From assembly GCA_000092065.1 (NCBI GenBank), contig CP000591.1: a DNA stretch of 64,000 nt. One strand, given 5' to 3'. Source of the DNA: Ostreococcus lucimarinus. Lineage: Eukaryota. Within the stretch, counting starts at the first letter, position 1. Each line of letters starts with the position of its first letter. Below, piece after piece: positions 17,868-27,064 of the stretch. A model generated the notes under the pieces. It made no database searches and was not told where the DNA came from. It saw nothing but the letters and a program-made list of their open reading frames with translations. Position numbers and translations under genes: made by a program.

Positions 17868-18908
17868 TCAGAGCGAGTACTCGCCGCGTCTTCCCGCGCG
17901 CACGCGATGGAAAAACGCTCGGATGTGGAGCGAACTCTCGGCCAAGACGCTGAGGAGGAAGAAGAACAAACCGTAGACGAAAAATCCAGCGAAAGGCTTG
18001 TCTTTGGGGAATAGGATGAAGGATGAGATCACCGTCAGGGCTTTGCGGACGGTGGTGACGGCGGTGGCGGAGGTGGCGCCGAAGTGCCTGGTGAGCGTCG
18101 AGAAGAAGTAGGCGCCGAAATAAAACGTCACCGAGCGAGCGAAGAGCAGGACGAACGCGCCCTTGACCGTGCGAAGGTACGTGATCGACCCCGAGCCTTC
18201 GAATATGACGACAAATAAGAACGCGAACACGGTACCGATGGCGTTCGTGTACAGGATATTTTCTCGCACGCCCGCTCCGTAGTTCCGCATCGCGTGCTCG
18301 GACACGTTCGTCTGCAGCGATCCCAAAAAGATCGCCACCACGGACAACCCGAATCCCAGAGCCAACTTCACGTCTTCCGACAACCCCAAAACCGCTTCCC
18401 CGTCGTTCGTCGTCGCCGTCGCCGGCGTGGGCATCGTCGCCTCGTTCGATCCCAACTCGCGCTCGGCGATTCCGAAGAACGCCACGGCGACGACGAGCAG
18501 CGACGCCGCCACCACCTGATGCGGCTTGTACGTCCGCCGCAACCAAACCGCGCTGATCGCCATCGTAAACACTAATTTAGACGATCGCAACACCGTCCCC
18601 GTGGCGTAATTAATCCATTTATAACACAGCTTCCCCACCGCGCTGTACGCCGCCAACAGCAACGCCTGCAGCGCGTACAGCTCTAAAGGCGCCTTCCGCT
18701 TCGCAAACAGCGTCCCGTCCGCGATCGAACTCGCGGACGATATCAGCGCGAACACCATCAACTCCGCCAGCGCCACCGTCCAGTAATAGTCAAAATTCGG
18801 CAGCGACTTGTACACGTATTCCTCAAAGTAGCACGACGCGCCGATGAAGACAATCGCGCACGTCCCCGCCACCGCGAACGCCGCGTTTTCCGACATCTCC
18901 GCCCCCAT
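17868..18908 (-). CDS. Nucleotide-sugar transporter, SLC35B/UAA family
   Basis: 346-aa polytopic membrane protein ending ...ATSATAVTTVRKALTVISSFILFPKDKPF..., typical of SLC35B transporters. The upstream Arg-rich part of the track ORF is discarded as spurious. Confidence 0.7.
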   Translation of the reverse strand: MGAEMSENAAFAVAGTCAIVFIGASCYFEEYVYKSLPNFDYYWTVALAELMVFALISSASSIADGTLFAKRKAPLELYALQALLLAAYSAVGKLCYKWINYATGTVLRSSKLVFTMAISAVWLRRTYKPHQVVAASLLVVAVAFFGIAERELGSNEATMPTPATATTNDGEAVLGLSEDVKLALGFGLSVVAIFLGSLQTNVSEHAMRNYGAGVRENILYTNAIGTVFAFLFVVIFEGSGSITYLRTVKGAFVLLFARSVTFYFGAYFFSTLTRHFGATSATAVTTVRKALTVISSFILFPKDKPFAGFFVYGLFFFLLSVLAESSLHIRAFFHRVRAGRRGEYSL

Positions 18909-19247
18909 GAGCGCGCCTCCGTACGCGCGTCCGCCGTCCGCGGCGCGCTCGACGCCCGGCGCGTCCCAGTCCGCCGTCGCCGTCGCGGGCGCGTCCCTCC
19001 GAACACCATCGTGGCCCGTCTGCGATCGCGCGAAACCGCGGCGCGCGTCAGTCGGCGAACGCGCTCGCGGTTCGCGCGATCGGCGCGTTTTCGCGCGTTT
19101 TCGCGCGCGTCCTCGCGCGCGCGCACCCCGAGCAGCAGCGTCTCGCGCTCGCTGCGGTCGCTCGACGACATCGCGCGACGCGCGCGACACAGAGTGACGC
19201 CGCGCGCGCGGCGTCGAGATCCGCTCGGCGCGGCGACGACGGCGTCG

Positions 19248-19491
19248 ATGACGTCCGCGTCGATGGTATCGACGCTCGCGGCGCGCGCGAGAGCGAACGT
19301 CGCGCTCGCGGTCGTCGCGATCGCGATCGCACTCGCGTTGTTCCCGCTGCTCGCGCCGCTCGCGCTGGGCGGTTTCGTCGTCGCGCGCGCGGTGCGCAGG
19401 GACGCGCGCGAGGAAGAGGACGTTTCGGTGAAGCCCGTCGCGGGGACGGGCGGGGACGTCGCGGTGCGAGAGAGGGCGCGGGTGGAGGTTG

Positions 19492-19551
<60 letters not shown>

Positions 19552-22133
19552 CGGTGGCGCTCACGGGCTCGGCGGCGATGCTGGCGAAGATGCGGAAGAG
19601 CAGCGCGTTGACTGGAGAAAAACGCGCGACCGCGGCGCAGGGTGCGAGCACGAGCGCGAAGGATGGTGTGGATGAGACGGCGACGAACGCGAAAGCGACC
19701 CGAACGTTTATATTGCACGGCGGCGAAGCGGCGTCGCAAATCGCGAAGGATTTGGCCGCGCAGGCGGAGAAAGAGCACGGAATTGCGTTGAATGTGATGA
19801 CAATGGATGATTTCAGAGACGTAGAGTTCGATAAAGAACCCTGCGCGGTGGTTTTCGTGGTCGAGACGGTAGAGAACGCGCAGCCGGCGGAAGCTGCGGG
19901 ATCTTGCGTGCGCTTCTTCAATCGGAAACGTAAGGAAGGGACGAATCAGGCTATGCTGGCGGGGAAGATGTCATACGCGGTTTTAGGACTCGGTGATACA
20001 AACTTGTTACTCGATCGCCAGACGACGACGGCGAAAGATTGTAACCAGGCTGCGCAGACGTTGGATTCGGCGCTCGCCGCTCTCGGCGGCGCTCGAATCG
20101 TCCCCCGCGGCGAGGCAAACGACGCCGTGGGTTTGGACGAAGACGTTGTACCGTGGGCCAAGTTGCTTTTCCCAAAATTGTCTGAAGTTCACAAAGGGAT
20201 TGAGGCGAAAAAAAACGCAAAGCTATGCTTCTTGTACGGCTCGCAGACCGGTAACGCGACGGAAATTTGCAAAAATCTCGCCGCCGAGGCGAGCGAGAAG
20301 GGGTACCCCGTGGAGGTGTGCGCGATGAATGAGGTCGAGCCAGAAGATGTCATCAAACCTGGCGCTGTGATTACGTTCGTCGTATCCAGCACCGGCGACG
20401 GTGACGCTCCGGATAACTGCGACACATTCTTCACTCGCCTCAAGCGCAAGGCAAAGAAGGAAAAAGGCGAGGGCGCCATCGGCGTCCAGTACGCCGTCCT
20501 AGGACTGGGTGATCAAAACTACAGCGCGTTCATGGCTGTGCCGCGTCAGTTCTCGCAAACGATGGAGAACTTGGGCGCGAAGTGTTTCGCTAAGCGCGGT
20601 GAATGCGACGACACACTTGGTTTGTACGAACAAGTTGACGCATGGACGAGCACGTTTTGGTCTCATCTCGAAGTCGCTCGAGGAAACTCACACAAGTTGC
20701 GCGAGGGTGAGACAATCGTGGAAGACGCTAATGCCGCCACTGAAGCTCCAAAAGGCGATTCGAAGCCACCGCAAGCGGCTGCGCCGGCGAAGAAAGTCGA
20801 AGGCGTGCCACCACTACCAATCTGCCGATCTGAAGTGCAGTGGCTGCCGAAAACGACAGAAGTGGTTGCTAATCGCGTCGCGCCCGGTCCAGATTCCGAA
20901 GGTGCATACACCGTCTCCTCGCCGTACATGGCGACTATTCACAAGCGTGAGGTACTCACAAACTTGAAATCCGATCGGCGAGTGTTGCACATGGAGTTTG
21001 ATCTCGGATCAAGTGGGATCTCTTACAAGCCGGGAGATTCCATTGGCATCGTACCGCAGAACGACGCCGAGCTGGTTCGAGCCATCGTCGATCGGCTGGG
21101 TCTCGATCAAGCCGCCATTTTCACGCTGAATTGGAAGAAAGGTGACACGAATGAACACGCGACTCATCCGTTGCCGCATATTCACACCCCGTGCACGGTA
21201 AAGAGTGTGTTCACGAATTATATCGACATCACGGGATGTCCGCGTAAGTCGCTCCTTCGCGTTCTCGCCGAACACTGCGGCAACGCGGAGGAAAAAGACG
21301 CCCTCTTGCACCTTTCATCGCGTGGTGGTCGAGCAGAATACGAAACACAGATTCGCGCGCAGTCACCGACGCTATTGACGCTCTTGAACAATTATCCGAG
21401 TTGTTGTCCTCCGTTAGCCGAGCTTTTAGATGCCCTCTCTCCGCTCGCGCCGAGACTGTATTCGATCACATGCGCGCCCGAGGTGGCACCAACAACGCCG
21501 TCGGTTGCCTTCAGTGTCGTGCGGTTCCAGGTACCCAGCGGTGAACATCGCCTCGGCGTCGCCACGAACTGGCTCGACGAGATATCGGTCGACGACAAGT
21601 GCGAGCACAAAGTCCCGGTGTACATCAAGCCAAGCTTGAAGTTCGGCCTGCCCGAAGACTCGAGCGCGCCGCTAGTGATGATTGGTCCGGGTACCGGCGT
21701 CGCACCATTCCGCGGTTTCCTCCAGTCCAGACGCGCTAAAGCACAAAAAGGCGGTCGATTATCTGAAGCTATGTTGTTCTTCGGCTGTCGCAAGGCAGAT
21801 GAGGACTTCCTGTACGAAGCCGACTGGAAGAGTTTCACCGCCGATGGCTCGCTGACAAAGCTCGTCTGCGCCTTTAGCCGCGAGACCGCAGAAAAGGTAT
21901 ACGTGCAGCACAAAATTGAAGAGCACGCCACCGAAGTCGCGCGCTTAATCTCTGAGGGCGCTTACGTCATGGTATGCGGCGACGGCGCGCACATGGCCAA
22001 GGATGTCCACGCCGCCCTCGTCCGCGTCGTCGCTCAAGCCGGCGTCTGCGGCGTCTCTGACGTCAAAGCCGCCGAGGCTCTCCTCGCCGACTTCACTAAA
22101 TCCGGTCGTTACGTCCGTGATATTTGGAGCTAA
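19248..22133 (+). CDS. NADPH-dependent diflavin oxidoreductase (CPR/MTRR/NDOR1 family) with an N-terminal TM anchor, poly-Thr tract and two tandem flavodoxin-like domains
   Basis: Hydrophobic N-terminus VALAVVAIAIALALFPLLAPLALGGFVVA, then (T)16. The first Fld-like domain (FILHGGEAAS...YAVLGLGDTN) is degenerate. The second is canonical (FLYGSQTGNATE...YAVLGLGDQNY). The FAD/NADPH domain carries RLYSITCAP, GPGTGVAPFRGFLQSR and a C-terminal RYVRDIWS. Confidence 0.8.
19501..19550. repeat. (acg)16 trinucleotide repeat encoding poly-Thr in the reductase N-terminal region
   Basis: Read directly from the sequence. Confidence 0.9.
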
Positions 22134-22356
22134 CGCACGCGCGTTCGTATTGTTTAGATTTTAATTTCTCATTTCATTTCATTTCATTCCACTCCACTCT
22201 CGTTCCGTTTCACCAAACTCCTGCGGGCGAGTTGGGTGTTACGCGTACACGCGCGCCCCTCAGACCCGCGCGCGCTTCGCCGCGGGCTAAAATGCGCCGT
22301 CGTGATCGAGGAAACGACCCTCCGATGGTGTCGTCGACGTTCGTCGTCGTCCTCGT
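20620..22356. repeat. Segmental duplication, copy A (1737 bp): 3' half of the reductase gene, the intergenic spacer and the first ~60 codons of the beta-glucosidase gene
   Basis: Near-identical to 27065-28801. The few differences include F>C in VAPFRGF and N>H on an antisense ORF. The six-frame ORFs are duplicated residue for residue (for example 20509..20967 vs 26993..27412, and 21009..21311 vs 27454..27756). Confidence 0.9.
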
Positions 22357-22381
22357 AGCAAGCAAGTTTAGAGCTTGCTAA

Positions 22382-22498
22382 CTTTTGACTGTAGAGGAAC
22401 ACGCCAAGTTCGTCGATGGACTTACGAAGCTGGGCAAAGGCAACTGGCGTGGGATCATTCAACACTTCGTTCAGTCTCGAACGCCGACGCAGGTCTAA
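22382..22498 (+). pseudogene. SHAQKYF-class MYB/SANT domain fragment (pseudogene remnant)
   Basis: Translates to [38 protein letters not shown] then a TAA stop. The next codons read SHA..., the start of the expected SHAQKYF motif. There is no start codon, and it sits immediately after the duplication junction. Confidence 0.5.
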
Positions 22499-22522
22499 TC
22501 ACACGCGATAGATCGGTCGAAC

Positions 22523-23386
22523 TTAAGTCTGGGGCATTTCAATCTCTCGGTCCAAAGCTTCCGCGCCCAACGCCGAATATCTACATCGTGAGCGTCGTGC
22601 ACGTGTTGAAACTGCCCACACTGACACCATGGTAGTCGCCAACAAGCCCAGCGTTACGTAGACAAGTGTCAAACAACTGAAGTAACTGTTTTGAGGCGAA
22701 CGCTCTGAGGCGAAACATAGAGCGCCGTGCAAATCTTCATCAGGTTCGAGCGTGATGTTACGTTGAAGAACGAATACGTATCGCTTGAAGGGCATTGATG
22801 CGCCACCTGAAGCTGTGATATGAAATTCCACCGTCTCAATCGAAGCAGATTTCTCAGGTGCGCACCAAATTAAGTTGTGGACGGTGGCTTTGCGCGTCGT
22901 GTACATGCGTCGACCAGAGCAGGCGGTGGCCGGCCTGTTCACGTTCCCATTCAAAAGCACGCCTTGATCGTGAAAGGATCCCGCAGAAGCGGTGATCAGC
23001 ATCATCGAATTCGGGTCTTCGTGCGATGCCGCGAGACCCAAGCGGCAGCCATCGCAATATTCTCGTTTACCGGGAGGGAACGTCCACGCAGCGGGGATCT
23101 GCCTCGTGGGTTCATTTTCGTCGTACTGCGCATCCTCAACATCAGTGTGGTTTGCCCAACTCAGCAGCACACTCGTGTTTGTGGCATCTATCGGTGCTCC
23201 GTGACCAGCAGCACGACGTGTGGGGTGTACGCGAGCCATCCCACCTTCGCAACGCGCGTCGAGGCGCAGTTCGGTCGGATACGACTCCACCAAAACCAGT
23301 CGCCAATCGAAGATTGCCACGGCGACGGCGGCGCATAGGCGCGCCGGATGCCGCAGACACATGTCGCCGCGTCGACATCGGTTCAT
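22523..23386 (-). CDS. Putative secreted/membrane protein with a reeler/DOMON-like domain and a C-terminal TM helix
   Basis: Signal-like N-terminus. Segments MMLITASAGSFHDQGVLLNG and TVHNLIWCAPEKSASIETVEFHITAS resemble the reeler fold. C-terminal TM YFSCLTLVYVTLGLLATTMVSVWAV. It lies in the low-GC island. Confidence 0.35.
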   Translation of the reverse strand: MNRCRRGDMCLRHPARLCAAVAVAIFDWRLVLVESYPTELRLDARCEGGMARVHPTRRAAGHGAPIDATNTSVLLSWANHTDVEDAQYDENEPTRQIPAAWTFPPGKREYCDGCRLGLAASHEDPNSMMLITASAGSFHDQGVLLNGNVNRPATACSGRRMYTTRKATVHNLIWCAPEKSASIETVEFHITASGGASMPFKRYVFVLQRNITLEPDEDLHGALCFASERSPQNSYFSCLTLVYVTLGLLATTMVSVWAVSTRARRSRCRYSALGAEALDREIEMPQT

Positions 23387-23456
23387 AGGGTTGTAGCGCC
23401 CGTCCTGGTCCTAGCCCGTCATGTAGCGTTGACGCGCGTGTTCTGCCCCACCCAAG

Positions 23457-23484
23457 TCGTCTGTCGTCTGTCGTCTGTCGTCTG
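23457..23484. repeat. (gtcgtct)4 heptamer microsatellite
   Basis: Read directly from the sequence. Confidence 0.85.
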
Positions 23485-24042
23485 TTGTCGGGGGGTGTCC
23501 GTTCGCGACGGACAACATACCAGCAAAGCTATGACTCAAAGGCTTTGTTCGGTCACGCGCGCGCACGCTCGCACGACTGAGCGCCGTCGACTCCTGATTC
23601 CACACGTTCAGCGTCGTCGGAATCATACGGGAAACCCGGCAGAGAAGCGCGGGGAAGTACGCATCGCGTTCGCGCGACACTGTCCGACGTAAAACGCGTA
23701 TAATGAGACATTTTCCAATCAAGTTTTGTAAGAAGGTTGAAATATACTTAGTAAATAATTATGCGAGGCCCAATAGTTCTTTTAAATTATCTAATACGAC
23801 GTGCGACCGACCAAATCCGACTAATGCACGCGGCAAGTATGGAGGAGATATTTACATGGAGGATTATCCACTAGATATTTTTTGGATATTTACTCCGCAT
23901 CGAACGAGTTACGACTCAACAATAGAGGGACCGTTGCGCGTGGCCGGCACGTGCCGGCCACGCGCCGCCACGTGCGCGAGGTCCCTACGCCCGTCTCTCC
24001 GCAAGCATCACACGACGACGCGAGGAATTCTACGCGAAGAAG

Positions 24043-25713
24043 ATGCAAATCGAACGAAGGAAACGAAATGCGCGAGCGCTCTGCGCACTTGTTGTTTCTG
24101 CGACGCTTGCGAACACCGCGAGCGCGCAATTAACATACATCGCAGGATACGAGCCACGCTCCAACGTCGTCCAACATTCCCAAGTCGACTTGGACATAAG
24201 GGATATCATTAGTTCTTTCCCGAAGTGGAAGGGTGGAGACAGCATTTACAATGGCGGACTTCTGAACGACTGCACCACAGTGGCAGGCGCGTGCAACTGG
24301 AATGGGACCAGTAGTCTATACCCAACATTGTGGGACGGCACTTGTACGCACACCTGCCCTGCTGCTGACTCGGCAAATCCGGGCCAAAAGTGCACTTTAA
24401 GCGCGGCGGATGCATGTTTGTCCACTTACGGTATTTATAAGTATGGTAAGGGATCGTTCAAGGGGAACAACAAGGATGACGCGGCGTCGATGCGGACGCT
24501 TCGCGGGTTTGCAACGAAACTTGGTGATAAGGGTGCCTCAGCGCGTGTTGCCGCGAAAAACAACCCGTTTATCAACAAAATGAATAAATACTGGGCGAAA
24601 CAGGGGCTGAATGAATTGACTTGGGGTCAAGATATCATCGAAGCTGCTTTCAAAGGTACTTGTGTCAAGAACGGTAACTCGTGTGTAAAATCAGGGGGAG
24701 TAAATCTTCTCGATTTTGGCACGGTCGGAAACGACTTCAGGGTGGAAGTGATAAAGAAAGGTATTATTTACTTGAACATCTTTCCTTACGTCATTTGGGA
24801 ATTTCAAGACGCTATCAACGACTGCCATGGTGGTGACTTGGGCGCGAACGATGAAATTCCCGGAGGAGGTTCAGTACACGCTTGGGATGAAGCCGTAGCC
24901 TTTTACACTGGTTCGCTCGAGGGCATCTTAAAAGGCGGTAACAATGGCCTCGCCTCATGCGATGACGGTAATTGTGAGTTGCAATTTCAACTGTCAGATT
25001 ATCGCTGCACGAACTTCGGTACCTGCACCGCCGATGCTGATGGTGACCCGTGGAGTGGATACTCAAAAAATAATGAAGAGATCTTCAAACTCTTTCAACA
25101 AGGTGAAGGTGAAATTACTGAAGCCGCTGCAAGCTCCAATACTGCGGCGACGAAATGTGACTTGCCGGATCGCACCCACGAAAAGGCTGTTACGAAAATG
25201 CTTGTTCCTTTCGTGCAAGGATGCATGAGGTACTTGTGGAAGACAAAAGATTCGCAGAAAGCTAAGGAAGCAGGCGAGCTCTTTGCGTTTGCATCCGCTG
25301 CACTTCCTTTTATCGATGCGGTAGACCCTGTCGCCGCTACTAAGTTGTTCACACGTGCGTGGAAACTAGATTTCACTACTTACACGTATGAAGAAACTAA
25401 GCAGGGCATCGAAGGCACCCTTTCGAGACTCGGTGCTGGTGAGGGCATTGGTACAATATCTTGCGCTGACATTGGCGACCTCGTTGACAGCAGTGATCAA
25501 CTGCTCGCTGCTGGCTGCACGGATCCCTCATCTCCCTCATCTTCCAATAATGACACCACTCTCGGGCTGGGTATTGGGATTCCACTGGGTGCCATCGCAA
25601 TCACCGCGTTGGTATTTGTCGTGCTTTTGTGGCGAAAGAGCTCAGCAAACAGCAAGCGAGTCGAAGAGTTAACCATGCAGCTGAGAGGTCCTGGTAAGGA
25701 CTTCTATCCGTGA
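24043..25713 (+). CDS. Cysteine-rich secreted type I membrane protein, unknown family
   Basis: Signal peptide MQIERRKRNARALCALVVSATLANTASAQ. A ~500-aa Cys-rich ectodomain, then a single C-terminal TM (IGIPLGAIAITALVFVVLLW) and a short cytoplasmic tail. Coding GC is ~45-50%, far below the genomic ~65%. Confidence 0.5.
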   Translation: MQIERRKRNARALCALVVSATLANTASAQLTYIAGYEPRSNVVQHSQVDLDIRDIISSFPKWKGGDSIYNGGLLNDCTTVAGACNWNGTSSLYPTLWDGTCTHTCPAADSANPGQKCTLSAADACLSTYGIYKYGKGSFKGNNKDDAASMRTLRGFATKLGDKGASARVAAKNNPFINKMNKYWAKQGLNELTWGQDIIEAAFKGTCVKNGNSCVKSGGVNLLDFGTVGNDFRVEVIKKGIIYLNIFPYVIWEFQDAINDCHGGDLGANDEIPGGGSVHAWDEAVAFYTGSLEGILKGGNNGLASCDDGNCELQFQLSDYRCTNFGTCTADADGDPWSGYSKNNEEIFKLFQQGEGEITEAAASSNTAATKCDLPDRTHEKAVTKMLVPFVQGCMRYLWKTKDSQKAKEAGELFAFASAALPFIDAVDPVAATKLFTRAWKLDFTTYTYEETKQGIEGTLSRLGAGEGIGTISCADIGDLVDSSDQLLAAGCTDPSSPSSSNNDTTLGLGIGIPLGAIAITALVFVVLLWRKSSANSKRVEELTMQLRGPGKDFYP

Positions 25714-26899
25714 GAGGTCCTGGTAAGGACTTGAGTCTTCTCTATGAGGTGCTGCTCCGATAGGCTACTACATTGAGCCCAGCACATTGAGCCCAAGAGC
25801 GAAGAGCTCGTTTAATTTAATGCACATACTACTTGAAATACCGTCTCACCATTTGCCGCCGTTTGCCGCCGCCGCGTTGATCGAGCATGACTTGGACGTG
25901 TTACCGAACGAAACGTAACGAGCCAGGTGGCGTTCGTAGGGTATTGAAATGCAGAAATTTGTATCCGTGAGTCGCAGCTAACTTTGAGCGCGACACGACG
26001 CGAGGTGCGCGCGAAGGCAAAAAGTTACATATTTTACCGTTTTTTTTCGAAATCACGTGTAGTGCATTATGGTACCACCTAAAACATGGTGGCTAATACA
26101 CACAGCACCACACTATAGATAAACACGACATATAATATGTACAGAACTACATTGAGCGGCTTGCCAAGCGTGGCCCACAGAAAGTTCTGGTTCGAGTCGC
26201 GCGTTTGTTGCGCGCAGCAGCTTTCCTTGCACTGCGAGCTCGAGTTTTCGCACGCTGGCTCAGTACTCTCTGTTCGTAAGGCGCGCGTGAAGGCTCTAAT
26301 CGAACGGAACTCCAGACGCGCGGCGTGTGGCATCGTTCGTCGCGCGCCGTAGGGCCACACACGTGCACTCCTCGCAGCAGAGACTACGCGTCTCCGCTCA
26401 CGTTCAGAGAACGAAGGGCGTGCGACGCAGTCTCGTCGGCACTGGAGCATTCTGAGGGCGCGCGCGAGGGTGACACTTGCTTACGCTGATGTTCTCGGCG
26501 GAGGTCCCGCGTACAGAGCGTCGCCGCGACGGCAAGTGACATGCAGCCACTCGAAGTCGTGCGACGAGCGGCGACGACGCGGTTGTAACGCACACGCGCC
26601 GGCCCCGGGCACGAGACGAAACCGAAAAGACGGTTCGTAGAAAAACGCGCGTGTTTGGCACGCGCCCGGTGAAACGTGAGCGAAAAACCGAAAAGTATAC
26701 CTATAGGGTGTAGCGCTTCGATGTATGATGCAAATGGAATTACGGTACTTTATACGAATGCCCCTAACGACGAGACGATACCGATTGGGTAAAGTTCTGG
26801 CGACCCGCCGCTACGCCCAACACAAATTGGTCCCACAGATGCATTCCCCAAAGTGAGGGACTGGAATCAAAGGCGGGCAAGAAAACCGCCGCATGGCTC

Positions 26900-27064
26900 G
26901 CACCCCGTGCACTGCCAGCGTCGCCCGAGGCCACGCTCCGCGTGAAAGTCGGCGCATCGCGTGCGAGCGCTGCCGCATAACTCACACCCCGTGTGCCGCC
27001 ATTATCGTCGCCTGAGGCCACGCCCCGCGAGAAAGTCGGCGGATCGCGTGCGAGTGCCGTCGCG
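26900..27064. repeat. Two ~85-bp imperfect tandem repeats directly abutting the start of duplication copy B
   Basis: caccccgtg[c/t]...cgtcgcc[c/t]gaggccacgc[t/c]ccgcg[t/a]gaaagtcggcg[c/g]atcgcgtgcgag[c/t]gc[t/c]g[c/t]cgc appears twice. Confidence 0.7.

Noticed and set aside
19011-19247. Upstream extension of the reductase ORF (MARLRSRETAARVSRR...) and of several other genes (USP 2640, EngA 35670, protease 51069, RluA 48230)
   Set aside because: The ORF track assigns M to TTG, GTG or other non-ATG codons. The extensions are Arg-rich junk, and the first in-frame ATG gives N-termini matching the protein families.
22375-22635. Track ORF 22375..22635 (86 aa) as a real gene
   Set aside because: It is an out-of-frame reading across the MYB pseudogene fragment and starts on TTG. 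The meaningful signal is the +1 frame SHAQKYF-MYB remnant, which is interrupted by a stop.
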